A stretch of DNA of 64,000 bases from NCBI GenBank assembly GCA_047495785.1, contig JBLDXI010000017.1, forward strand, positions 372,001 through 436,000, in the 5' to 3' direction. A program made the position numbers and the translations under genes. The notes below the pieces were generated by a model. The model was not told the origin of the DNA. It worked only from the letters and a program-made list of their open reading frames with translations, and did no database searches. Origin of the DNA: Lepidodermella squamata (Eukaryota > Animalia > Gastrotricha). Below, piece after piece: positions 53,301 through 64,000 of this stretch. The first letter of the stretch is position 1, and each line of letters opens with the position of its first letter.

Positions 53301-53396
53301 TCTCACCAGTTCCTTGCAACGAGTGACGGAAATGGATATTGACTCCATCCTTTTCTGGACAGCGGCCTGAGGCTGCTTCTGCTCAACCTCCGTCAT
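47385..53396 (-). CDS. CFAP70: Cilia- and flagella-associated protein 70 (TTC18), multi-exon
   Basis: N-terminal C2-like region (LGQCTFDVFPILQG), FHGVAYLNLAHLLYPG, SGRYYIFRERLKYAIVKIVREK, TPRs, and AESALCEANLLNNYDPVIWAYLSL...GFGNP. Confidence 0.9.
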
Positions 53397-53672
53397 TGTC
53401 AAAATCTTTTAAAAGCTAATATGCAGCAAGTTATAATAGGATATAGCGGAAGAAAAGTTCATGCAAGCGGGCGGCCACAAAATAATTTAGTCAGCAATGC
53501 AAATGAATATGTAGACAGCTGAGCTACAAACTGAAAATCTTTCAACGAGACCAGAAGAATGGCAACCCATAATAGCTAAACATTTTGGCACAAACAAAAT
53601 CAGGTCCCATCCAGGCACAGAGACACAAACATCATTCACAAAAGTAGTATAGCAAGCCGGCGAACGTAACGC

Positions 53673-53686
53673 GTTGCTATGCCAAT
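53673..53686. promoter_or_regulatory. X-box-like motif in the CFAP70/SPATA1 divergent promoter
   Basis: GTTGCTATGCCAAT: strong GTTGCTATG half-site, imperfect second half. Confidence 0.4.
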
Positions 53687-54087
53687 ATCTTGACATTTAA
53701 AAATTATAAAAATAGTGAAATTAATTAAGACAATTATTTGAACTATTTTCTATTTATCATAATTAGCAACTAAGGACGCATCCGATAGCCATCGAGCTCC
53801 ACGATGCGCTTGTTTTTTTGGCTAAGAAGGGACTGACGTTTGACAGATTGTTGATGCGGTTGGAAGGAATAACTGAACCGCGTCTGAGGGAACAGTGTAG
53901 CAACAAGTGGCAGAGAAAAGAATACTTCTTAATGTTCCAATCCATGATAGCTGAAACACGATGTACGTAACATGAAACCGCATCAATTTGTATCTGCCTG
54001 TCTTTTCGACGCTCTATCTTGTTACTTCCAGGGTTTTACATTTTTTTTTAATTGTTCACCATTTCTCCTTTTATCAGGTCTTTTATA

Positions 54088-55309
54088 ATGGTGGATATTC
54101 ACATATACGTTGTACCCGCGGAATTTTGGCGTGATAGCTTGAACAGCGTTTCGAGTGATTCGATCATAGAATCTTTATCAGCCGGCTTTGTCCACGTCGA
54201 TCCTGATATAACTCTTGCCGAAGTAAGGCAATACATTTACGATCAACTTTCACCTGAGACGATACCTTCAGAATTCAACTTCCTCCGAATCGTCGGTAGA
54301 AGTTTGGCTAAAGTCTCCGAGAAGCAAGAAATATTGATGCGTGCCAAATCTTTCTTACCTCCGCAAACTTTCAGCCCCGATATTTATATCATCGATGCTA
54401 GAATTACAAAGCCATCAGGAGCTCATAGGAGTACAGCAAGCAATAACAGCGATGGCAACCTGTCTCTGCCTCGATTGACTCCAAACCATAACTTTTCGAC
54501 AGCTCAAGATCAGGATTCATTGGCATCTCCAATGCCAATTAAAACCCTCAATTTGGCGCAATTCGATGAGCCTCAGCGAAGCGTTGCGCACAGTCAGCAT
54601 CTAAATCTGAACAACTTCAAGGCTTCTAATCAAGATGATAGTTATACCGAGAGGAAAACATCTCGAGAACAGCCACGAAATGACTTCGATGAAATGCCCT
54701 TACCCCCTCATGCTCAAAATAAGCCAAACTACGATCAATTGACAGTAAACCAACCGAAAGAAAATCCCAACTTGATGCTCGTCAAGTTGGAATTAGCCAA
54801 ACGAGAACGGGTCGAGATGGAAGTGAATAGAAAAGGCTTGCTAAAGAAGCTTCATGAACTTCAGGAGGTCGTGCAACATCGCCGTAAGGAAGCATACGAA
54901 TATTGGCGAGCTCGATTCACAGATGAGAAAAGCCGAACGCCACATCTCGAAGACCAAGCTTCATCACTAGGAAAGGTCTGTGATAAAATATTTATTTATA
55001 AATCGTCATCAACATTATTTATGCTAGGATATTGATAATCTCCATAAAAAGTTGGTCAGGCAGCTTGGCAACAACAATCCTGGAGGAGCGCAACTGTTGA
55101 CCCGGCAGTTACAAGTGCTGAAACTTCGGCAAACTGTTGATTTGCTCAAACTGAAAGTGGAGGAGGGTCACACAAAATTGATGTGCCAAATTCGATTGCG
55201 AAATCAAGCTGAAACCGAACTCAGGGCGATGCGAGCCGAGCTCACTCAGAAAAAAGTTCTCGTACAGTTACTCAAAAGCAAACTTCCAGCCGCAGCTGAT
55301 GTTGTGTAG
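54088..55309 (+). CDS. SPATA1: Spermatogenesis-associated protein 1-like, 2 exons
   Basis: MVDIHIYVVP...W...SAGFVHVDPDITL...FNFLRIVGRSLAKVSEKQE N-domain and C-terminal coiled coil RLRNQAETELRAMRAELTQKK. Confidence 0.82.
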
Positions 55310-55434
55310 TAGTGATATGATATTTTTGACGATTAATAATTTCAAAAAAGTATTTTTTGTGGTGGTTTCATTTAATTTGTATCAAATTACATTGCTGACT
55401 GAAACTATTTGTTCCCAATTTTTAGATAACTTTA

Positions 55435-56629
55435 ATGGATCAATATGAATATCTCGGCCGAATAGGCGAAGGTGCTCATGGCATTGTATTCAAGGCCCGG
55501 CATATCAACAGTGGAGAAATAGTCGCTTTAAAGAAAATTCCACTTCGGAAACTTGAAGATGGCATTCCAAACCAAGCGTTACGAGAAATCAAAGCTCTAC
55601 AAGAAATCGACGACTGCGCCTTTGTCGTTCGACTGCGCGACGTTTTCCCTCACGGAACCGGCTTTGTTCTAGTCTTCGATTACGTAATTTTATTTACCGG
55701 CTATCTGATTTGTGTTGAATTTCCCGATTTTTTCAGATGGTGTCTGATTTATCGGAAATCATTCGAAACAGTGAAAACCCGCTCACTGAGTCTCAAATTA
55801 AGAGTTACATGTTGATGCTATTGAAAGGTGTCGCTCATTGCCATGACAAAAATATCATGCATCGAGATTTGAAGGTAAATCAATGCCAACAAATCGCTTT
55901 GAAACATTCTGTACTCAATATTTTCAGCCTGCAAATTTGTTGATAGCCAGTGATGGGCGGTTGAAAATCGCAGATTTTGGCCTGGCGCGACTTTTCGAGC
56001 CAAACGGCGAGCGTTTATACAGCCATCAAGTCGCAACTAGGTGGTACCGAGCTCCCGAACTCTTGTATGGTGCTCGGAAGTACGACAAAGGTGTTGATTT
56101 GTGGGCGATAGGTGCTATTTTTGGCGAACTCCTCAACAGCTCTCCGCTTTTCCCTGGCTCGAGTGATATCGAGCAGCTGAGCTACGTCCTCAAAGTCTTA
56201 GGAACGCCGCATGACTGGCCGGGGGTAGCTGATCTGCCGGATTATAATAAGATCAATTTCCCCGAGTATAAACCTACACCCTGGGACCAAATTTTGCCCG
56301 ATGCCTCGCATCAAGCTATCGATTTATTGAAGCGATTCCTGGTCTACGATTCAACGAAGCGAATTCCGGCTCGTGATGCACTGCTGCATCCGTATTTTTT
56401 CACCGAGCCGCTGCCCGCGCACCACTCGGTGCTGCCAATTTTCCAGCGCATGTCTCGCAAAATCGCGCCGTTCCAAACTGTGCATTACGAGTACAGCAAT
56501 GATGTTGCGCTGGATGAAGTGCTGCCGGATCCTGAGCTGTTGCGGCCTTTCATCGGCTCTAGCAACTCAACGGCTGCCGAGTCTATGGCTAACTCATCGG
56601 GTTTATCAAGTGCAGTACGCCGGAAATAA
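55435..56629 (+). CDS. CDK20: Cyclin-dependent kinase 20 (CCRK), 3 exons
   Basis: MDQYEYLGRIGEGAHGIVFKA, PNQALRE helix, YSHQVATRWYRAPELLYGARKY, HPYFFTEPLPAHHS. Confidence 0.96.
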
Positions 56630-57680
56630 CACGCAGTATTAATGCAATTATTGTTATCTTTGTATTGAAGTGGAAATAAAAATCACGTTTTAAAAATTTC
56701 AATTTTTTATTTTTCCTTTCAACCATTCTTATTCATATCGCGATTTATACACATCATTAACAATATTTACATCCATGAAATAACAAGTCTCAATATAACG
56801 GGATACACAAATAAAACAGTAAATAAATTCATGTCATATAATAATTCATGAAAAAAAACAAAAAATTAAACGCAAACGAGTCGATTATATAATAAAACAC
56901 ACGGGTGTAAATAATACGAAGTCACGAGTGCTTCGAGGTAAAATTTGTGTTAAGTGATTTTTTTACATTCATTTATTACAGGATTGTGTGTATGTGTGTT
57001 ACTTAAATTTTGCTGTTTTGTCAAATTAGAATATCATCAATTAAAATGCTTGTCCATTGATAAGTAAATGATTTGCCAAGAACCGGGCAGCTGATTTTTT
57101 GCTTTGAAACGCAGTCATTTTTATCATTCAAATTGTATCAAAATTTCCGTTCATGTGTATATAGCCAAAGGTTGAAACAAATAAATCATCAAGGTGAATT
57201 GCTCATTTCAATACAAATTAGCACTAGGCATAGTAAAATCACACATTTCAGGCACATTTATTATATTATACCAAGGTAGAGAATTTACAAGGTGAGAGCG
57301 AGAGAGAAAAAATACAGATTTCTTTTGCTACAATTGGCAGTGGATATGTTTTGTAGTTGTCATCTTCCTGTGTCGAATAAAATATTAGTTATTTTTATAT
57401 CATATCACAGACTGGTAATGCAAAAAGAAGTTGACCTATGACAGTAAAACGATAAACAGTTTTTAACGGGTAAAATTTCAATATTTTTGCGAGGAAAAAG
57501 TCGACTTGTTGCATTGTTGCCGGGCAGTTTCTTTTTAGAAGCCTAATGACCTAGTTACGGACAATGTCCGAAATTTGGAAAATCTATTGTTCGACTAATT
57601 TTCCGATGATGTCCGAAATTGGGACAAATTTAGAAATTTCGGCCTAGTTTTGGACATTTTCAATTTTCGCCAGGGGTAAC

Positions 57681-60600
57681 TTAGAACTTGATGATGCAGT
57701 AGTTTTCGAGGCCTGATAGAACCAAGTAGGTGATCCACAGGAGGAAGTAGAAGGAGGCAGAAAGGTAGCGGATGACGGGCGGGCCGCCGAGCTCGCCGCC
57801 GACCGGCTTCAACCGGCGCAGCAGCAGCACGAGAATGGCGAGCGCCGCCATTGAGCAGAACGTCGTGACGGAGAAGGCGAGCGAGCCGGGCTCGACGACG
57901 AACTTGGTGCCCTGCGACGCGTGGTAGACGGCGGCGACGAGCCACGCGATGCCGATGCCCAGGAACACGTTGACGGCGTTCGAGCCGGTGATGTTGCCGA
58001 TGGACGCGTCCGCGTACTGGTCCTTGACGGCGGCGACTTTGGACGCGAACGTGTCCGGCAGCGACGTGCCCAGCGCGACGAAGCTGATCGACGTCAGCGA
58101 GTCCTTGAGGCCGATTGTACAGCCGAGGTGCGAGGCGAGGTCACCGATGACGGCCGTCAGCGCGCCGATCATCGCCAACGAGAACACAAAGCTCACCCAG
58201 CCATGGCAATAATCTGAAAAAAAAACAGAAAAAAAATTTATAAAATATTTTCAAATTTTCAAATTTCCGAAATTGTTGTTGCCAAGAGAGTTCCGCATCG
58301 ATTTTCCGCGATTTCAACGAAGAAATAAAATTTTTAGAAGAAAACCCGAAAAAACCCGATTGGTGTGAAATTTCGGTAATTTTCGGTATTTTAACAGGTT
58401 AGAGCAAATTTCTCCGAATTTTCAGGCTCTTTGAATCTCAATGACTAAAATCTACCCAAATTGAGAAACTTTAGTAAAGCTTCAACCAGCTGAATTTTTC
58501 CCGACTTTTCGAAGAATTTTTCGAAAATAAAGCCTTTTCATATTCATTCGAATCCTCAACATCTAAACTATTAAAAGGTTTGAAGACTTTTTAACATCGT
58601 TTGTCTATTTCTTAAGGGAGACTATGGACTTGAAAAACCAGAAAATCTGAAAAAATTCTTACCGGTGGGTGGGACGAAAGCGAACAAGACCTTCCAGAAA
58701 ATGGTGATGTAATGCATGACGTAGTCGCTCCAGCTGGGCACTTTCGGCGGCTTATCAGCCCCGGCCTCATCTTCGTCATCATCATCATCGTCATCAGCGC
58801 TAACGGTTATCGCATCGATGAACTGTTCGCGCCAGCTCGAAGTCGAAACTTGATTCGCGACATTTGTCGCATTTGCAATTTTGTCAATGGTTTTCTAAAA
58901 CAAATTCAAATTTTCAAAATTTCAATTTTTAATTAAAAAAATAAGAACTTACGCGGAATTCATCGCTCTCATGAATTGAAACTTTGACTAGCTTGATCTC
59001 GCCCAACTTTGGCCTGCCGAGATTCGCGACCTCACGCTCCTGTTCAGATAGCCGAGTTTCATCGGCAGTTGGTTCTAAAAAAAAACCCAAAAAACCCCAA
59101 TTATTCCACGTTCAGTTGATTGTACAAATCACAGATCGTTATAAAAGCATTTAGAACCCGAGAGCAGCGATGAATGGGAAAGTAGAGGCCGGAAAGGAGC
59201 ACCCCAGTTCACACTTTCAACAAAATACCCTGTTAGTTGTTAAGCCACTCCGCGGGAAAAATTTCCATCCTCCGAAAAAAGTCCGATAGATTGAGAAAGA
59301 TTGCACGATATTTTTCATCATCAAGTGACAACAATTATTTTCATGTTTTTTTTCGAAAAAAATGAGTTAATAATATAGCCAACCTATGCACATTCCAAAC
59401 ACTTTCTGGCGGGCATATTCTTGGGCGATATGTTTAGGCGCTGTGGATGAAGTCAAGGGATAATCTTTTACGTTATCATATGTTTCAATTTCATCATCAA
59501 TAGTATCAACATGAGCTTTAACGATGAAAGAAAAAACAAGAGAAAAAACACAAAATAATTATAAATTTTTTCGAGTTCAAAGTGAGTAGAGAATAAAGCA
59601 AGTTGAAAGACTGGTAAGAAAAACCGAGAGAAATTAAATTTTTTCGTAATTAATGGGATCAAAGCTAAAAAAACTCATGTTAATTCATATTTTTTTCTCA
59701 TCAAATTCGAAGATATAAAATAATGATGTTTTTTTTCTTGGAAAAGCGAACGCCACGCGCTAATGGTTTCGGGTGTTTACAACATATCTTAGCGTTCTTA
59801 CCCGGTGGTTGAACACCCCCAATCGGTGCCACCGCTTTAATAGCTGATTGTAAGTCTACAACAAGTGCGCATTATTACATTCATATCCAAGCAACGTTGT
59901 TGAGATTTTCGCAACTTAAAATTGAATGAAAAATTAATATATTACGGCGACTTACCCAGGTACCAAGTTGGTTCGCCGAGTTCAATGAAGAATGTCTCAG
60001 CTTTTTCATATTTAGACTCGTTAACAATTGGAATTCGAATTTCTTGCCTGAAAAAAATTGAATATAAATTTTTTTCAATAGAATTTTGAAATGTTCTTAC
60101 TCAGTTTGGTTATCGTCGAAAACAAGTTTGCCCTCGTCGATGACCTGGTAAGCCATACCCGGCACGGCGGTACCGGGCCGCGTTGCGTACGGAATAGTGA
60201 CGGCACCTCGGGCGCCCGATTTACGCGTGACCTTGACCGCGGCGAGGCCAGCATCTTCCGATACCGTAATTTCAGACTGTTCAAACGTGAACACGCCGCC
60301 GTGGTCATCGTCCAAAATCATAACGGTAGCTTGGCAGACCCCGAGAGCCACCTTAACCTATAAAGAAATAATAAAAAAAAACAATTAAATTTGGAAAATA
60401 TTATAGAAAATTGTAGAACTTCAATCTTTTTAAATTTAATTTCGATGAAAAATTGAAATTCGATGAAATAAAAATTGAAAATTTGAGGTCAACAAATTAA
60501 AATGTCATGAAATGAAAAATTGAAAAAATCGAAATTTTTAAAAAATTGTAAAAATTTATGAAATTTGAATCCATTTTATTTTGAATTTTAAATGTGAAGT

Positions 60601-63600
60601 TCTTGAAAAAACTTGAAAAAACTAACCATGTCTTTGTACTTATCAGCGACCCTGATATTGGTCAATCGAACGTAGAAGTGTTCGTCCTCTTCGAAAACGT
60701 CATCATCAATGACTTCAATGTTGAACTGTTTATGCCTTTCGCCCGGGTAGAAAGTGAGCGTCGCTTTGGTCGCCGTGTAGTCTTTACCAGCCTCAGCCGA
60801 TCCGTCGACCGTTTCATAGTCGACCATGACAATGTTGTCCAAATCGGGGCCGTCACGCGTGACCGTGACGGCGAACGAGCCGACGCTTTCCATAACAGCG
60901 TAAAAATCCGGCTCGAAAAACACGCGTTGAACATCGTCCTTAACGGCGAGAATCTGCGAAGCTTTAGCTGCTTCCTATAAATAGCCGGAAAAAAATCGAG
61001 GAAAAAACAATAAATTTCAGTTTTATCGATATACATCACGTCAAAAGTTGAGCATGCGTTTCTACCGATTCTTTTTTGTCACCATCGTATAATTAAAGGG
61101 TCACCTTAAAACGAACGCAAACCAAGTTTTTTTTGTTCAATGAAAAAAACCGAAATTTCAGTTGACTACCAACTACTTGAAAGCGGCGTTTCACAAAACT
61201 GACAGTGAAAAAAGGCGCGGAAAAAAATGATAGGATTAGGGAGGCGAACGAAAACTGAATAGACTTTCAAAGTATAGACTGACTTGATTTTTTTTAACGC
61301 AAAGCGGCGCTGATAAATCGGTCGAATACAACTCGAAAGCAAGCTGATATATTGGATTTTCTACCCAATCAAATAAAGACTACAAGCGGGAAATTACTCG
61401 TTGGAATTGAGTGGAATTAGACAGGTTAAGTGTGAAAGCGACTAAATTCCGATCCAAAATGGGCCGGAAATATGATATCTAAGAAGCATGTATTCAGCAG
61501 GGGAAAAAATCGTGCCGAAATTCGGTTTCACTCGAAATTTTCCCAAATAAACAGGTGCAGTATAGTTGAAGTAAGTCGACGATGTGCATTTTCGTGTTTA
61601 ACAGGTAAATTCAGTTTTGTGATATTAATTTGTTTTAAATTATCACAAGAAATGTTGTGTGTTTTTTTTAAATTAATTGATATATAATATTATGTTATAC
61701 ATCACGTGTGAGAGATTATGTAAACAAGCTTACATTTCCATCCGGCTGTGGTTTGGTGAAAAGTATTAAAAATGAACAAATACATAGGTAAAATAAGTTA
61801 TTAAATTAAAAATATCGGCTAAAATTAAAAAATCATCATCGCAGTAATTCGTAGATTTTCTTTACTACTTATTAATCTACAAATTACGACTAAAATTTCA
61901 AAAAATCTGACGGGAACACATTTGGGAAAAAAATTAGTTTTCATTATTTTAGGATTTTGGAAAAAAAATTATCTTAATTTTTTATTTTCAAGCCGCAACT
62001 TACCGCTTCGTGCATGAGCCGCTCGTGGACCTTTTCACGCTTGATAATCGCGCCCGAACCAACCATGCGGCGCGTGGCCTGCATGCGGTAGAAGCCGCGG
62101 CTTTTCGGCAGCCGCTTCACGAGTTCAACTTCGGCCATTTCTTGCAACTCGAGGGCCGATTTGTCCGGGTAACGTGTTCGAAGCTCTCGCAAAATGCGAA
62201 TAAGCTCCTGTTGTTGCTGATCCAAATTCTGATAAAAAATAAGAACACGAATTAAAATCGAAAAATTAATCGAAAAATCGCTAAAAAAGAATAATAAATT
62301 TTAAACATAAAAATGCAAGCGAGGAAGCTGTTAATCAGGATTAAGGTGGGGTAGTCATTAGTTGTTTTTACCTTCGTCCAGATTGGGTGAATAAAAAATT
62401 AACCGAAACCAGTTTTAAAGGTGGCCCAACTATGACCCTTATCCGCTATTTTTTTATTCGTTAGTGGATTTTATATACTATTTTTTTTCAGACCTCGGCC
62501 GATTGCGGATTGAAAAGTTGATAGAAAGTTCGAGCATTCATTCGAGACTTCATAAATATAGCAAGAAAATATTCTCAACAACTTGCGAGTGTGAGTATCA
62601 AATAAAAAAAAATGTGCTTCAAAAAATCAACGAGTGCAAGGTGTTTCAAATAAAACCCGTGAAAAATGGTTTTACTCCACTCCTGAATATTTTTTTTCCC
62701 AACTTCTTCGCCTTCCTGGTTCGTAAAATCGTTCCAGCGTTCGAAAATGTCGGCAATTCTACTGCCGCGTCTTGTAGAATGCTGCAGCAACGTCACAATA
62801 AGCGAGCTACCTTGCAGGTGCGGATGTCTTTTCACATGCTTGAAAAAATCAAATCAACGGACAAGAACACAAAAATAATCAAACAAAATATAAGCGTGGC
62901 GGGATGATATTTCAAAATAATAGCAAAATTAAACGCTCTAAAAACGATCTAGAAAATGATTTTTTTTCGTTTGAGATTACTCTTATAACTTCTTCGATTT
63001 CAGGCGAGTCGATGTGTCTAATATCTTCGAGATCATGAGGATGCTTCGCCTTTTTGCAAGGTTAATGACAATTGGTTAAAGAAATCACGGCAAAACGCAA
63101 ACAGGGGTCACTCTAAAATCGTCCGATGATTCATCAATAAATTCCCCCTCCCAATAAATTTAGCGCAAGCGATGAGAGCGAGCTGAAAAAAATCACCCCA
63201 TCACAGGAAAAATGGAATAAATGGCGCTAGAAAATTCGGAAAACAATGAATCATCAGGCGATTTTTCTGCATTTTGAGGCGGATTTTTTCTCTGAAAACT
63301 TACGGCTAAATCTTCATCAGTCATACGAGCCAGCATGCTTTGATCAGCAGCCGTGGCGCCACTTTGAGCGGTTAGCTCCGTTCCAGCGGCCTCGCCACCC
63401 TCCAACATGTGCATCTCAGCCCCGTCGGATTTCGACGGGCCGCCCTCCGCGTCGACGTACGTCAGCTGTTTACCACCCGGGCCTCGCACCTTTTTGCGGA
63501 AAAATCGACCGAAAAGCAGTTTCCGGTCGACAATCCACGACGAAAGAACGGTGAGTGGGAAAAACATGAAGGTTAAAACGCCCTCCCACACTTCAACCTC

Positions 63601-63942
63601 GCCCGGTGATGTGACTGAGATAATGCAGTACAGCCATAGGTAGGCGAAAACGGACCACGAGGCTGTTACGAAGAAAACGCGCAAAAATTTAATGCGCTTC
63701 ACCTCCCCGCCGCTGACCACCAGAATGCACAGGCCGGTGATGACGAAGAGGTTGTAAGCCGCTGAGCCGACAATGGTGCCCGGGCCAAGGTCGCCGGCGT
63801 CAAACCGGTTGCCGCAGATTTCGATAACTGAGAGAAGAATTTCTGGGGCGGATGAGCCGAGCGCCATCAGGGTCAAATTTGATACGGTTTCGTTCCAAAT
63901 TTTGACGCTGATTATTTGAACTTCGCCATTTTTCCGCTTCAC
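57681..63942 (-). CDS. SLC8A: Sodium/calcium exchanger NCX (SLC8/CALX family), 5' end beyond the window
   Basis: Alpha-1 repeat [29 protein letters not shown], Calx-beta domains ([22 protein letters not shown]), and alpha-2 repeat [13 protein letters not shown]...[13 protein letters not shown]. Confidence 0.96.
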
Positions 63943-64000
63943 CTGTAGAATCAAATAAAAAAATTAACATAAAGAGAAAGCAAAATGGAGTATTTTTTAA

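Overview
Gene-dense stretch of a compact animal (invertebrate metazoan) nuclear genome with mostly 45-75 nt GT-AG introns; the lineage cannot be fixed from this window. About 20 host protein-coding genes can be assembled by splicing the ORF fragments: ADCK1, a 53-aa Lys/Ala-rich H1-tail-like protein, POLR2I, CCSAP-like, a divergent intronless eEF1A paralog, a claudin/PMP22-like protein, BTBD9, HYLS1, MRPL4, TFIIS, NEK9, SLC10A7, two MACROD genes, DNAAF1, TTC21B, CFAP70, SPATA1, CDK20 and a partial Na/Ca exchanger. Two DNA transposons are well delimited. One is an intact 3.7-kb Mutator (MULE) element with a 9-bp TSD whose spliced ~981-aa transposase is fused to a Ulp1/C48-like protease. The other is a 1-kb TA-flanked Tc1/mariner-type MITE. 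Other notable patterns: head-to-tail gene runs with stop-to-ATG gaps as short as 63 nt and a splice acceptor just before almost every ATG (candidate operons resolved by SL trans-splicing), a cluster of ciliary genes around divergent promoters with RFX X-box-like motifs, arrays of frame-preserving micro-exons in CFAP70 and NCX, and two possibly structured non-coding blocks. All gene identities come from recognising motifs by eye, not from database searches.
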